Positions 8,902-19,600 of a DNA stretch of 26,076 nucleotides are shown piece by piece. The translations under genes and the position numbers were made by a program. Source of the stretch: a virus (Duplodnaviria; Caudoviricetes); IMG/VR virus record IMGVR_UViG_3300025635_000139, positions 1-26,076 of that record; one strand, 5' to 3'. The notes under the pieces are model-generated. The model saw nothing but the letters and a program-made list of their open reading frames with translations. It searched no databases and was not told where the DNA came from. Each line of letters opens with the position of its first letter. Within the stretch, counting starts at the first letter, position 1.

Positions 8902-9617
8902 TATAGGCTTCCAAATGGGTTAGTGACTGAGAAATCATTGATTAAATCAGATTCAGTCTGAATAATAATATTTTGAAAATTACGTTCTTGTCTATATTCA
9001 GTATGATATTCCATTTCAATAACTTCATCATTTTCCGTAGTTAGTTCCCCTCCTAATTCAGAGAGAATAGAGGTTGGACCCGTATTAGCCAATGAAAATT
9101 TATTGATGGTATTATCAATTTCTGGAATACCTGTATCAATTCTCTCTGATGAGAATTCAAACAATTCGCATTTAAGAAGAAACACGTAATTTTTACCTAA
9201 TGTAAAAAATGGTGTTGTGGTATTGACATATTTGATTTCAAAATAACTTCCTGTAGTTGGAAAATAAATAATGTCGCCTTCCATTGGTCTTACATTATTT
9301 TCATGATTTCCAATTTCCTCCATATATCTTCTCTTTGATACATTGAATGACATACTATCTCTTATTTCAAATCCAAATTTGGTAATCATATCACCTTGAC
9401 CACCAAATCCCGTTGTTTCCACAACGTAACCTTCTAGAGTATATGCACGATCAAATAATGAAATTAAATCTTCCTTGAAGATATCATCTAATTTTACTAA
9501 AGTTCTTGGTAAATATTTTAATTCTAAACCATGTATTTGAATAGACTCTACTACTAAGTCTTCAATTAAATCTTGTTCTTGTTTATATGATTTATCAAAA
9601 TAAAAATTTACCGCCAT
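8901..9617 (-). CDS. g14: Neck protein (T4 gp14 family)
   Basis: EQDLIEDLVVESIQIHG..YLPR, GFGGQGDMITKFGFEIRD, RPMEGDIIYFP, CELFEFSSE, terminal NPFG. Confidence 0.94.
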   Translation of the reverse strand: MAVNFYFDKSYKQEQDLIEDLVVESIQIHGLELKYLPRTLVKLDDIFKEDLISLFDRAYTLEGYVVETTGFGGQGDMITKFGFEIRDSMSFNVSKRRYMEEIGNHENNVRPMEGDIIYFPTTGSYFEIKYVNTTTPFFTLGKNYVFLLKCELFEFSSERIDTGIPEIDNTINKFSLANTGPTSILSELGGELTTENDEVIEMEYHTEYRQERNFQNIIIQTESDLINDFSVTNPFGSL

Positions 9618-9622
9618 TCATA

Positions 9623-10363
9623 TTATCCTAATAAATACGCGGTAGGTAATGAATATGAATTAATCATTTCACTTTCTAATTCTGAAATTTCGCCTTTAGC
9701 TTCTGTAAGAATTCTTTGGCCATCAAAGGTAATTCCACCCATCAACTGAATACCAGTATACTTAGTTAGGTTGATACCCCATTGTTCCTTTATCAGTGCC
9801 GTGGCATAATGAGCTAACCACCTATCTCCCCAGGCATCAGTATAAACATCTGGGTCTACAATTTGATAGGCTTCCACAACGATATAATCGCCAGTATTTA
9901 ACTTTTCCCAATTCATATCAATATACAATTTATTAATATGACGGTTATATCTAATAGGTTGTTTACCTATTATTATTTCCTCAAATAACCTAACCTTACT
10001 CATCATTGTATAATATGGAACTAGAGATTGATTGGTATAATGATACATGTCATTAAGGGCCATCTGATATCTAACATCAAACATATTCACGCTACTAATA
10101 GCACTACCAATATCAAAAATATTAATAACTCCCATTATATTTTCAGGAATAGTTAAGTACTTATTATCTTTATCAGTCTGAGTTACAACATATTTAAGGA
10201 ACATTTTTTCAGTTCCATCGAAATGATAATCATAATAATATTTTAATGCTTCATCAATACGATCTTCTACTTGTTCATCTGCAACATTTATTTTAGTGAC
10301 TGGTGATCCTAATTTTCTAAGGCAATATTCTTTAAATTGTTCTCTTGTTGTAGGAATTGCCAT
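9623..10363 (-). CDS. g13: Neck protein (T4 gp13 family)
   Basis: PTTREQFKEYCLRKLGSPV..INVADEQVEDRIDEAL, YHFDG, WLAHYATALIKEQWGINLTKY, GGITFDG. Confidence 0.95.
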   Translation of the reverse strand: MAIPTTREQFKEYCLRKLGSPVTKINVADEQVEDRIDEALKYYYDYHFDGTEKMFLKYVVTQTDKDNKYLTIPENIMGVINIFDIGSAISSVNMFDVRYQMALNDMYHYTNQSLVPYYTMMSKVRLFEEIIIGKQPIRYNRHINKLYIDMNWEKLNTGDYIVVEAYQIVDPDVYTDAWGDRWLAHYATALIKEQWGINLTKYTGIQLMGGITFDGQRILTEAKGEISELESEMINSYSLPTAYLLG

Positions 10364-10364
10364 A

Positions 10365-10487
10365 TTAATCTTGCTCCGATTTTAAATATATTACATATTC
10401 TTTTCTATCTTGCAATTTAACAAGAATTTCTATATCCTTTATATATACGTTATATTCTTTTTTAGATTCCAATCTTACCAAAGCCAT
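10365..10487 (-). CDS. Putative 40-aa microprotein (not in ORF track)
   Basis: MALVRLESKKEYNVYIKDIEILVKLQDRKEYVIYLKSEQD*; fills the gap with 1-nt spacers on each side (TAA-T-ATG at both junctions). Confidence 0.65.
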   Translation of the reverse strand: MALVRLESKKEYNVYIKDIEILVKLQDRKEYVIYLKSEQD

Positions 10488-10488
10488 A

Positions 10489-10818
10489 TTAATACGATAC
10501 TTGTGGATTAATAGTAATGAATCCTTCTACGGCTCTAGACACTACATTTGATGAAGACGTTAATTTGAAATCATAGATATATTTGTCTTTATATGACATA
10601 TTATTAGTTTGTAATGATGTTAATGTTCCCCGCATAATACCATTTGAAAAAGTATTAACTTGAAATGATACGGGGGTATTGGCCGAAATAAATTTTCTCG
10701 CTTTACCTACCCCCGTATATGTGCTAAGATTAATAGTATTATTGGCACTATCTTTAATGAGAAAGTCTACTTCAAAAGTAGCTCCCTGATCAATTATTAA
10801 ATTTACTGAATCTGCCAT
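10489..10818 (-). CDS. Conserved small beta-rich virion protein (possibly BppU-N/Ig-like)
   Basis: NLIIDQGATF...INLSTYTG...RK...YIYD...RAVEGFITINPQVS pattern, common next to neck genes in environmental T4-like phages (recall). Confidence 0.65.
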   Translation of the reverse strand: MADSVNLIIDQGATFEVDFLIKDSANNTINLSTYTGVGKARKFISANTPVSFQVNTFSNGIMRGTLTSLQTNNMSYKDKYIYDFKLTSSSNVVSRAVEGFITINPQVSY

Positions 10819-10827
10819 TGTAATTCC

Positions 10828-13800
10828 TTAATTATTCATCATAATAACCCAATTGCTACCATCGGATTGCAGCATTGCAAACTTTCCAGCAACATTGGTT
10901 AGTATATTATTTGCCGCAGTATTAGAATCTATTGGCTTGATGGATGCACTTGTGCTATTGATTGTTCTGGCTGCAATGGTTTTAACATACAGAATTCTTC
11001 CTGGGTAGGTTGCAGCAGCAGGCATGACTACATTACAATTGGCTGTAGTATCAAATATGATGGATGCATCTGTAGCGGTTACTGTGTAACTTGTAGAACT
11101 AACTTTAACCGGAACAGATAAAGCTATAGGTCCAGCCACACTAAATTTTGTATTTGGTGTTGGCGCACCAATACCTACGGTATTAAGGACTGTATCTAAT
11201 ACAAACGTTCCATTATCAATAGTAGTATTACCTGTAATAGTTACTTGATCGGAAAAGACAGCATTTCCTATGGTTATTAAATTTCCGTTTATATATAATT
11301 TTTCTGTAGGAGTGCCACTACCAACACCAACATTACCATTAGCAACAATTGATAATTTTGGTCCAGAAGTTAATGCATTATTTGATGACTCTCCGGTAGT
11401 ATAAAAATGTATGGCTGATGGCATAGAATTTGGCCCCGGCGTCCCATTATTCAATACCATAATTCTTGCGGCTTCAATAGGCTGACCACCATCATCTGCA
11501 TAAAAATCTAATCTACCAATTTGATCCCCATTAGCTACCGCAGAATAAGTTTCTATATTACCTGATCTAGTTTTATAGAATCCATATCTTGCACCCTGGT
11601 TGTGTATATTAGCTGTGGTTGCAGCAAGATATGAACCACCAGAATCTACTAGAGATTGAATTCTATATGCTGTTTTCACAGTGACAGCAGCATTTGCACC
11701 AGAAACTAAATATCCTGTACTTGTAATAACTGTTGGTGTGCTATCAGGACTAATTTGATCTTCTACATATAATGCATGACCAGACCCAGATTGTGTAATT
11801 TTAAGAGTAGGATTTGTGTCATTACTCTGAATATTCGCTGGGCCTTGAAATATTGCATTAGAAACATTTATATCAGTAAGAAATGTTACTTTATCGTCAA
11901 ATATAGTATTTCCCGTTACGGTTAATCCGCCACCAATCGCAACATTTCCAGAAACATTTGCGGCACCTGTAACAGTTAATTTAGCATCAGGTGAAGTATT
12001 ACCAATACCTATGCGATCATTAACATTATCAATATACAGAGTTCCTGTATCAATGTTGGTATTTCCAGTAACAATAAGATTATTTATTGTTACTGTATTT
12101 GAAAATGTGGCATTACCTGTTACTGTAACTGTGTTGGAAAAATTTACATTTCCAGTTACGGTCAGAGTATTAGCTAAATTAGTATTACCAATTACTGTTA
12201 AAGTATTAGCTAATGAAGCATTACCTGTAACAAATAGATTTGTTAATATTCCAACAGATGTGATATTATTATAGTCACCAGAAATTCTTGCAGTATTTAT
12301 AGTCCCTGTAATAATATTTGTTGCATTAGTATAATATGAGGAAGGTTGACCATTTAAATAATTAGTATTATTAGAAGTTATATATGGTTGTGATACTGTG
12401 GCTAATGTTCCATAAACATTAGCCGATGCTCTAATATCACCCGTTACATTAAGAGTAGAACCTAAATTAGTATTACCTATAATATCAGTATTACCTGTTA
12501 CATTAAGTTTAGATAATGTTGTATTACCTGTTACAATTAATGTGTTAGATAAATTAGTATTACCATTTATTGTGGTATTACCACTTACAGTAAGTCTAGA
12601 TAATGTAGTATTGCCCGTTACGATTAATGTAGAACCTAAATTAGTATTGCCTATAATATCAGTATTACCAGTTACAGTCAATGTATTAGCTAATGTAGTA
12701 TTACCAGTTACAGTCAATGTATTAGAAAATCTAGTATTACCAGTTACAACTAATGTATTAGCTAATGTAGTATTACCAGTTACAGTTAATGTATTAGCTA
12801 GAGCAGTATTACCAGTTACAGTTAATGTATTAGCTAATGTGGTATTACCAATAACAGAAAAAGTATTAGATAAATTAGTATTACCAGTTACCACTAATGT
12901 ATTAGCTAATGTGGTATTACCAGTTACAGATAATTGACCACCAACAGATAATTGACTACCAAATGCTGCGTTTCCTGAGACGTTTGCGGTGCCGGTTACT
13001 ACAAATTTAGCAGTTGGAGTTATTGAACCACCAACGCTAACATTACCATTAGCAAAAATAGCTAATTTCGGGCCGCCTGATAGTGCACTATTAGAGCCTT
13101 CACCTGTAACATAGAAATACATACTTGTAGGCATTGAATTTGGGCCAGGGGTGCCGTTATTCAATACCATAATTCTAGATGCTTCAATTGGCTGACCACC
13201 ATCGTCCGCAAAGAAATCTAGTCTAGCTATCTGATCGCCATTGGTAACAGCAGAATATAATGCAGTATTTTCAGAACGTGATTTATAAAATGTAATTCTA
13301 GCCCCTTGGTTAGATAGATTAGCATATCCAGCAGCAAGATAATTTGTTCCAGTTCCAACCTCGGTTGATATGGATTGTATTCTTGCTACTGCCCCATTAA
13401 TTGTAATTTGACTATTTGAACCGGCTATAAATACACCGTCATTAGTTATAACAGTTGGATTTGGGTCTGGGCTTGTGGTATCTTCAACATATAGAGCATG
13501 GCCAGTTCCACTCTGAGTAATTTTTAAAGCAGGATTTTCATCTGATACCTGCATTGTTGTTGGACCAGTTACAGTCAATGTATTATCTAAAGTAGTATTA
13601 CCAGTTACCACTAATGTATTAGAAAGTGTAGTATTACCAGTTACAATCAATGTATTAGCTAATGTAGTATTGCCAGTTACCACTAATGTATTAGAAAGTG
13701 TAGTATTACCAGTTACAGTTAATGTATTAGATAATGTAGTATTACCAGTTACAACTAATGTATTAGCTAATGTAGTATTACCAGTTACAGTTAATGTATT

Positions 13801-14580
13801 AGATAAATTAGTATTGCCAGTTACATCTAATGTATTAGAAAGTGTAGTATTACCAGTTACAATCAATGTATTAGCTAATGTAGTATTGCCAGTTACCACT
13901 AATGTATTAGAAAGTCTAGTATTACCAGTTACGGTTAAGGTATTAGATAATGTAGTATTGCCAGTTACATCTAATGTATTAGAAAGTGTAGTATTACCAG
14001 TTACAATCAATGTATTAGCTAATGTAGTATTGCCAGTTACCACTAATGTATTAGAAAGTCTAGTATTACCAGTTACGGTTAAGGTATTAGATAATGTAGT
14101 ATTGCCAGTTACAGTTAATGTATTAGAAAGTCTAGTATTACCAGTTACAATCAATGTATTAGATAAATTAGTATTACCAGTTACAACTAATGTATTAGAA
14201 AGTCTAGTATTACCAGTTACAATCAATGTATTAGATAAATTAGTATTACCAGTTACAACTAATGTATTAGCCAAACTTACCGAATTAATATGACTAATTG
14301 TTCCAACCACTAATAAATTAGCTTGCATAGTAACATTAGAAGTGATAATTAATGTAGCAGGTGATGCTACTGATCCCCCTCGTAGTGCTGTGCCAGCAAA
14401 TATAGTATTTGCACCAAAAATTCCGGTAATGTAACCATTTCCAGATGATGAATTTCCTGAACTACTATTATCAACCGTTATTACATGATTACTAATCGCA
14501 CCAAGAGCTTGATTTACTTTACCTATTAAATTACTAAAGGTATCTGCGGATACATCGACATTGGCAATTGCTATACTCAT
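10828..14580 (-). CDS. Long fibre protein (tail/whisker fibre-like) with 12-aa tandem repeats and a duplicated domain
   Basis: TGNTxL(S/A)NTLxV repeats, GNVGVG/RIGIGNTSP fibre motifs, C-terminal VMPAAATYPGRILYVK...LQSDGSNW domain; occupies a position comparable to T4 wac, upstream of gp13. Confidence 0.75.
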   Translation of the reverse strand: MSIAIANVDVSADTFSNLIGKVNQALGAISNHVITVDNSSSGNSSSGNGYITGIFGANTIFAGTALRGGSVASPATLIITSNVTMQANLLVVGTISHINSVSLANTLVVTGNTNLSNTLIVTGNTRLSNTLVVTGNTNLSNTLIVTGNTRLSNTLTVTGNTTLSNTLTVTGNTRLSNTLVVTGNTTLANTLIVTGNTTLSNTLDVTGNTTLSNTLTVTGNTRLSNTLVVTGNTTLANTLIVTGNTTLSNTLDVTGNTNLSNTLTVTGNTTLANTLVVTGNTTLSNTLTVTGNTTLSNTLVVTGNTTLANTLIVTGNTTLSNTLVVTGNTTLDNTLTVTGPTTMQVSDENPALKITQSGTGHALYVEDTTSPDPNPTVITNDGVFIAGSNSQITINGAVARIQSISTEVGTGTNYLAAGYANLSNQGARITFYKSRSENTALYSAVTNGDQIARLDFFADDGGQPIEASRIMVLNNGTPGPNSMPTSMYFYVTGEGSNSALSGGPKLAIFANGNVSVGGSITPTAKFVVTGTANVSGNAAFGSQLSVGGQLSVTGNTTLANTLVVTGNTNLSNTFSVIGNTTLANTLTVTGNTALANTLTVTGNTTLANTLVVTGNTRFSNTLTVTGNTTLANTLTVTGNTDIIGNTNLGSTLIVTGNTTLSRLTVSGNTTINGNTNLSNTLIVTGNTTLSKLNVTGNTDIIGNTNLGSTLNVTGDIRASANVYGTLATVSQPYITSNNTNYLNGQPSSYYTNATNIITGTINTARISGDYNNITSVGILTNLFVTGNASLANTLTVIGNTNLANTLTVTGNVNFSNTVTVTGNATFSNTVTINNLIVTGNTNIDTGTLYIDNVNDRIGIGNTSPDAKLTVTGAANVSGNVAIGGGLTVTGNTIFDDKVTFLTDINVSNAIFQGPANIQSNDTNPTLKITQSGSGHALYVEDQISPDSTPTVITSTGYLVSGANAAVTVKTAYRIQSLVDSGGSYLAATTANIHNQGARYGFYKTRSGNIETYSAVANGDQIGRLDFYADDGGQPIEAARIMVLNNGTPGPNSMPSAIHFYTTGESSNNALTSGPKLSIVANGNVGVGSGTPTEKLYINGNLITIGNAVFSDQVTITGNTTIDNGTFVLDTVLNTVGIGAPTPNTKFSVAGPIALSVPVKVSSTSYTVTATDASIIFDTTANCNVVMPAAATYPGRILYVKTIAARTINSTSASIKPIDSNTAANNILTNVAGKFAMLQSDGSNWVIMMNN
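12430..12930 (-). repeat. Second 36-bp coding tandem array in the fibre gene (about 8 regular units plus degenerate ones)
   Basis: Recurring gtattaccagttaca...aatgtattagctaatgta units encoding TGNTTLANTLTV variants. Confidence 0.9.
13562..14277 (-). repeat. 36-bp coding tandem array, about 19-20 units
   Basis: 19 full TGNTxL(S/A/D)NTLxV units counted in the translation; DNA period 36 nt. Confidence 0.95.
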
Positions 14581-14795
14581 TAAATTTTCTTCTCCAATAC
14601 TATCTTCATTAGAAGATTTTTAATATCTATGATATCTTGCTTTAGTTCTTGATGCTCTTCATACATTTTTAATAATTTTCTATCGTTATTTCTTTTATTT
14701 TTATATGACATAAGAGAGTCATCATCAGTATTTAGTATAGCTTTATTATTATTATCCCTAACTAATTCTGGGTTATCTATTACTTTATGTTTCAT
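14580..14795 (-). CDS. Small conserved hypothetical protein with C-terminal coiled coil
   Basis: KV...ELVRD..NKAILNTD motif followed by heptad-like HQELKQDIIDIKNLLMKIV; TAATG overlaps on both sides; typically follows VrlC-like genes (recall). Confidence 0.8.
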   Translation of the reverse strand: MKHKVIDNPELVRDNNNKAILNTDDDSLMSYKNKRNNDRKLLKMYEEHQELKQDIIDIKNLLMKIVLEKKI

Positions 14796-16636
14796 TATAT
14801 TTGAACTGCTATTGCACGCATGTCTCCAACTCTAGGAACAATATAAGATTGATCACTAGTTAATATAATTTTTAACGCAAAAGTATTATATCCATCAAAA
14901 TATGAACCATCCTCATTATAATATCTTACAATAGAACTATTATTTGCATTTAGGAATGCAGTAGGAGTTAATGTTGCATCTGTTCCCGAACTAATAATAT
15001 ATTGTAATTCTTTATTATCAGATAAATCCACTTTACTAGAATATGGTTTAGGAGTAACTTCCTCCATTAATGACCAATATTTGTTATCCAGACTTTCTGA
15101 ATCTTCTCTATTCAGTAATTTACAAAATACATAAATCTCAGTATTAGCTGGTCTATATGCAGTAAGATAAACAACTAAATCTTCCGCTTCCTGAGTTAGA
15201 AGAACTGACTTGGAAATATATTTATTGCCCATTTTGCCACCAGATGGTGATGCCTCATTAATAATTAATTGACTATTAGCTCTGGATACTTTATTATGAA
15301 TTAATAAAGCTGATCTTTTAATATCATTTAAAGTTGGAGTTAGATAATCTGTATTTGAAGTAAAATCTGCTTTTATTTGAAGTGATTTTGTTCCCCCATC
15401 AAAATAAAGTTCATCTGATCTTGATCTTACAACTCTACTTTTATCAACTAATTTCTGATTTTTATCGAATTCGACATTTATGAACGAAGTGTCTAAAGTA
15501 TTAGATGCTAAAGATGTCCCTTTGAATGATAGAGTTAAATTAGTTTTTGGTGGTTCTGCTCTTGCAAATTGTGGAACAATTTCATCATATACATATACTC
15601 CTAATGAATATAGATTAGCGGCTGTTCCAGAAATTTCACCAATAAGTAATGGATTAGTATTCTTAGAAACATACAGTTCTCTAAAATTCATTGTGCTATT
15701 AGCAGTAGACCTTTTTAAAATTAAATCTCTTGTTCCATTAATATAAGTTTCTTCTCCATATAATGCACCATTAGTATATAAAAACCCAATGGTAGCATTA
15801 TTATCATTAAATGTTGGAGATGCATTTATAGTTAATACAGTATTGGCCGCACCATTAACAACACCTAAAATTTGTCTAATATCAGTTTGTGATTGCCCAT
15901 TAGAAGATAGATAAATTAATTTATTTGTTGCATTAAGATAAGCAGAGTTTGCAGGAGTAATTGTTATTGTCGTTGAAGTCTTGCTAGTCAATACATTACT
16001 CGAACCAATGACACCATTTGAAACAAAAACTTTTTCTCCGCGCAGAAATGGCTTACTATTCGTTAATACTTCTCTCTGTAGAAATTCAGTATTAGCATTA
16101 GTAAATGTAAGATCGCCTACTAATGTTGGAAATGTAGTTCTAACCATTCTGAATTTTAAATCTTCATTTTGATATGGCGTCCATGTTCTTCCATTAGAAG
16201 ATGTAAGTAATACACCAGTAGATGGATTTGTAGAAATTAATCCTTTTCCACCAACATCAGTTTTACTTAATTCAGATGTCCACAATTCAAAATCTGGATG
16301 ATCGCCATCAGCGGATATTACCATAGCATATTCTTTTTGTGTTTTTAGAAATGGAGGAACCCCAAATAAAAACGCAACACCATCTATTGAACTATTTAAT
16401 TTAGCTTGGGTATCATAACCTGGAATAATTGTTCTAAGTGTGCTGGTTAAATATCTACATTTAGCAAAAGGAACAATACTTTGTGTAGGAATGCCATTTT
16501 CTACTTCATGAATAGCTAATGTAATTCCTATATTATCATCATCGGGAATTTTCCCAAAAAATAATTGAATAAATGTGACAAAAATACCAGGAGTATCATA
16601 TGTTGGATCAGTTACATAGAAAGTTTGTGCAATCAT
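14795..16636 (-). CDS. Virion structural protein corresponding to the C-terminal part of VrlC/DUF4815-type proteins
   Basis: Begins IAQTFYV; has GVLLTSSNGRTWTPYQNEDLKF, KYISKSVLL...AEDLVVYLTAYRP, and ends FALKIIL...VPRVGDMRAIAVQI. Confidence 0.75.
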   Translation of the reverse strand: MIAQTFYVTDPTYDTPGIFVTFIQLFFGKIPDDDNIGITLAIHEVENGIPTQSIVPFAKCRYLTSTLRTIIPGYDTQAKLNSSIDGVAFLFGVPPFLKTQKEYAMVISADGDHPDFELWTSELSKTDVGGKGLISTNPSTGVLLTSSNGRTWTPYQNEDLKFRMVRTTFPTLVGDLTFTNANTEFLQREVLTNSKPFLRGEKVFVSNGVIGSSNVLTSKTSTTITITPANSAYLNATNKLIYLSSNGQSQTDIRQILGVVNGAANTVLTINASPTFNDNNATIGFLYTNGALYGEETYINGTRDLILKRSTANSTMNFRELYVSKNTNPLLIGEISGTAANLYSLGVYVYDEIVPQFARAEPPKTNLTLSFKGTSLASNTLDTSFINVEFDKNQKLVDKSRVVRSRSDELYFDGGTKSLQIKADFTSNTDYLTPTLNDIKRSALLIHNKVSRANSQLIINEASPSGGKMGNKYISKSVLLTQEAEDLVVYLTAYRPANTEIYVFCKLLNREDSESLDNKYWSLMEEVTPKPYSSKVDLSDNKELQYIISSGTDATLTPTAFLNANNSSIVRYYNEDGSYFDGYNTFALKIILTSDQSYIVPRVGDMRAIAVQI

Positions 16637-16675
16637 TAAAATATCATTCCTTATTTATTTAATATAGATTATATA

Positions 16676-19600
16676 TTAACCACCCTCTGAACTTGTTCCA
16701 TCAGGAAGGGTATATCCATCTGGTATTTGTGTCCAACCACTCACATCATGTCCTAGGAGCGCGTATGCCCATGCTACATCAGCACTACCAGAGAGATTAA
16801 CAAAGGTTACATATCCTGGACCATCTTCAGCATTTACCATAGCATATGAATAGGAAATTTCTTGACTATTAACATAACCATCAATTTCTGGCGTAGCAGT
16901 TGGTGGAGTTGCTTGTGAATTAATTAAATAAGTCTGTTGCTGATCCCTAGAAACCACACCATTTTGATATTGTGTTGGTGGAATAATAGTTGGACTATCT
17001 GATATTGGAGTATTCAAACTGGTTTTAGTTAGAGTTGAACTTAAATTAATATCATTTGGCTGTGATTGTATATTTAAGGATGATTTTGAAATATCAATAT
17101 TGCTACCAAAGAATATTGCAGAAGCCTCAGATGTAATTGTATCACTAGAAGTTACAACATTGATAACGTCAATAAGTTTAAATATTCTTTCCCCAGATAG
17201 GAATATCCCTTTTGGAAGATAAAATAATCCATATATTGAACCTGTAGAATCTGTTTTTAATTGGCCACCATAAGTTCCTGTTGGAGTATAAGTGTCCGAA
17301 GTTTGTCTACAAAAAATGGACACATTAACATTATCAAAAAATGGATATACAATAGTATTGGGTTTTAATGCAAATCCATAGAATTTGATTAAAATAGGAT
17401 CAAGGTATGGTGTAATATTAATATCTTGAACATAATTGCCAGTAGAGAAAGTTTTAGATGCCTGTGAAGGAACTACTTCCGCTGATAGATTATTTTCAAT
17501 ACCACTTATCCCACTCTCAACTCTATATGATGAACCAATAAGAACGTGATTCGCCACTTTAACATTACCTAATGTAGCCAAATCAGCGGTTAATGCTGGA
17601 TTAGTTGTAACGTCTATCTTATGATTGCCAGGAGGATCAAGAATAATTCCGCCTTTGAATGTAAATACTGTTCCCTCTGATACTTTTCTCAATTTACTTG
17701 CCACAGGCTGACTTACTAATTCCGCCTGATCCGCACTTAACATTGTAACTTTATTTGTAGTATCACTTTTATTATTAACATATCTATCATATGTAGTTAC
17801 CGCAGTATTACTACCAGGGGAAATCATAAGATCAATCCAATTCATCATTTGTCTTGGAACGATCTCTGAATTTTCAAAATCATAACCTGGGGAGAAATTC
17901 TGAAATTCTACGCTATCAGTATCAGAAACTAAAATATCATTGAATGAATCTACTAGAAATCCATTTTTAAATCTATCATTTCCACTACCATCTAAAATTT
18001 TCATTTGTTTGGTGGCTGTTTCTAACAGACTTAATGTTGTATAGTATTCGAGACGATTAACACGTTGCTCTAAAGTTCCAATGTCTTTCATAGTAAATCT
18101 TTTAGTTTGTTGGACTGATAGATTTACTGCATAGTCTGGTCTTTTATAACTTACTGATAAGTTATATGGAAGTGATGGATATGGAGGAATATCAAGAACT
18201 GCAAGAGTCATACTATTTTGTTTATCTGATGGTGTTCTTGGTGAGATTGATGGAATTCCTTCTTTAACACCAACATTACCTTTAGTATCAACATATAATT
18301 TATCAATACGACCAACATAATATGAGAAATCTGTAGTGAATTCCTGATCTGGCGTAAATGAATATGCCCCGCCGCTTGCAATAGCATAATAAGCGGTATT
18401 GCTTGGATTTTCTGTAGCAGTATTTGCTAATGTTGCACTGTTGGCAGTATTGGCTTTTATAGGGCGGAAATCAATAGAATCTCTAAGGTCTAATTTAATG
18501 CCATTTGATCCAGTAAATAATGGGATTTCTTGTGTTGTGATAGCTGATGTATTAGAGGTATTGGCATCATCAATTGGATAAGACTCTACTGAAAGAAATC
18601 CAACTCCACTTGATCTACTATGAGTAAAATGATCTACTTCAATTAATAATCTATCAGTAGAATTTAATGTATATCCTGGTTTTAGATATATCTGTCCAAG
18701 TTCATATCTATCATCTCTCTGGCCATCATCTAATGTAAAATTATTCATAGCATTTTTATTTGATGTGCTATATTCACCATATGTTGATGTAGAATTTCCT
18801 TGATAAATTCCACGTAGTTTATGGATATCAGGAAGTCCTAATGACCATGGACCCGTGGTATTAGATGTATTAATATTAATTTTAACAAATCTATTTTTGT
18901 TAATAACTTTAGATGCACCAACCGCAGTTTCTCTTCTGAGATTATAATATGCTGTAGCATCTAAATCTTTATTTAATGTAGTTCCAAGATAAATATTTGC
19001 AGAGCTAGTAGAAACTACTATAATATTAGCTGTGGGTTTAGTCATATTGACGACACTTCCAGCAGGAATATGTCTCATTACTTTGGCGCCGGCTGGGAAT
19101 GTTCCCACAAATGCAGTATTTACATTCAATGAAGTATTAGAATTCACAACAGTAATTTGTCTTAATTCTGCTGTTGTTGAATTGGCAACATAGATGAAAT
19201 CGCCAGCCTCTAGGTATAAATCGGATGATGTATTAGCAAAGAACGTTCCTGTTCCAGTAATAACATTTCCTGATGTAGAAACTGTTCCATTTAAATTCGC
19301 AGTATTAGCAGAATTGGTTGCAATAATCATAAAATCTAATTCTGATGTGGCTGATAAGGTTCCACCACTATATGGCAATTCTTGACCGGATGTTCCTACG
19401 CCAGTGGTGGGAATTGATAATACACCAACAGAACTTTGTGATTGAGTAAAGGTGAAATTATTAGCTGATCTAAAATTATATTGTGTAACATAATCATCAG
19501 GAGCGGAAGATGAATTTCTTAAATTTCTTACGGCTCTCTTACCTAATGGCAATACTAAACTGGATAAATTAGTTTCCTTCAATACCGCCAGACCAGATTC

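Noticed and set aside
11285-13540. Diversity-generating retroelement TR/VR pair in the fibre gene
   Set aside because: Both copies are coding within one ORF, differences are not adenine-specific and are largely synonymous, and no reverse transcriptase lies in the window.
12430-14277. Regular ~36-bp repeats resembling a CRISPR array
   Set aside because: The units are contiguous with no unique spacers, keep frame and encode a 12-aa protein repeat; no cas genes are present.
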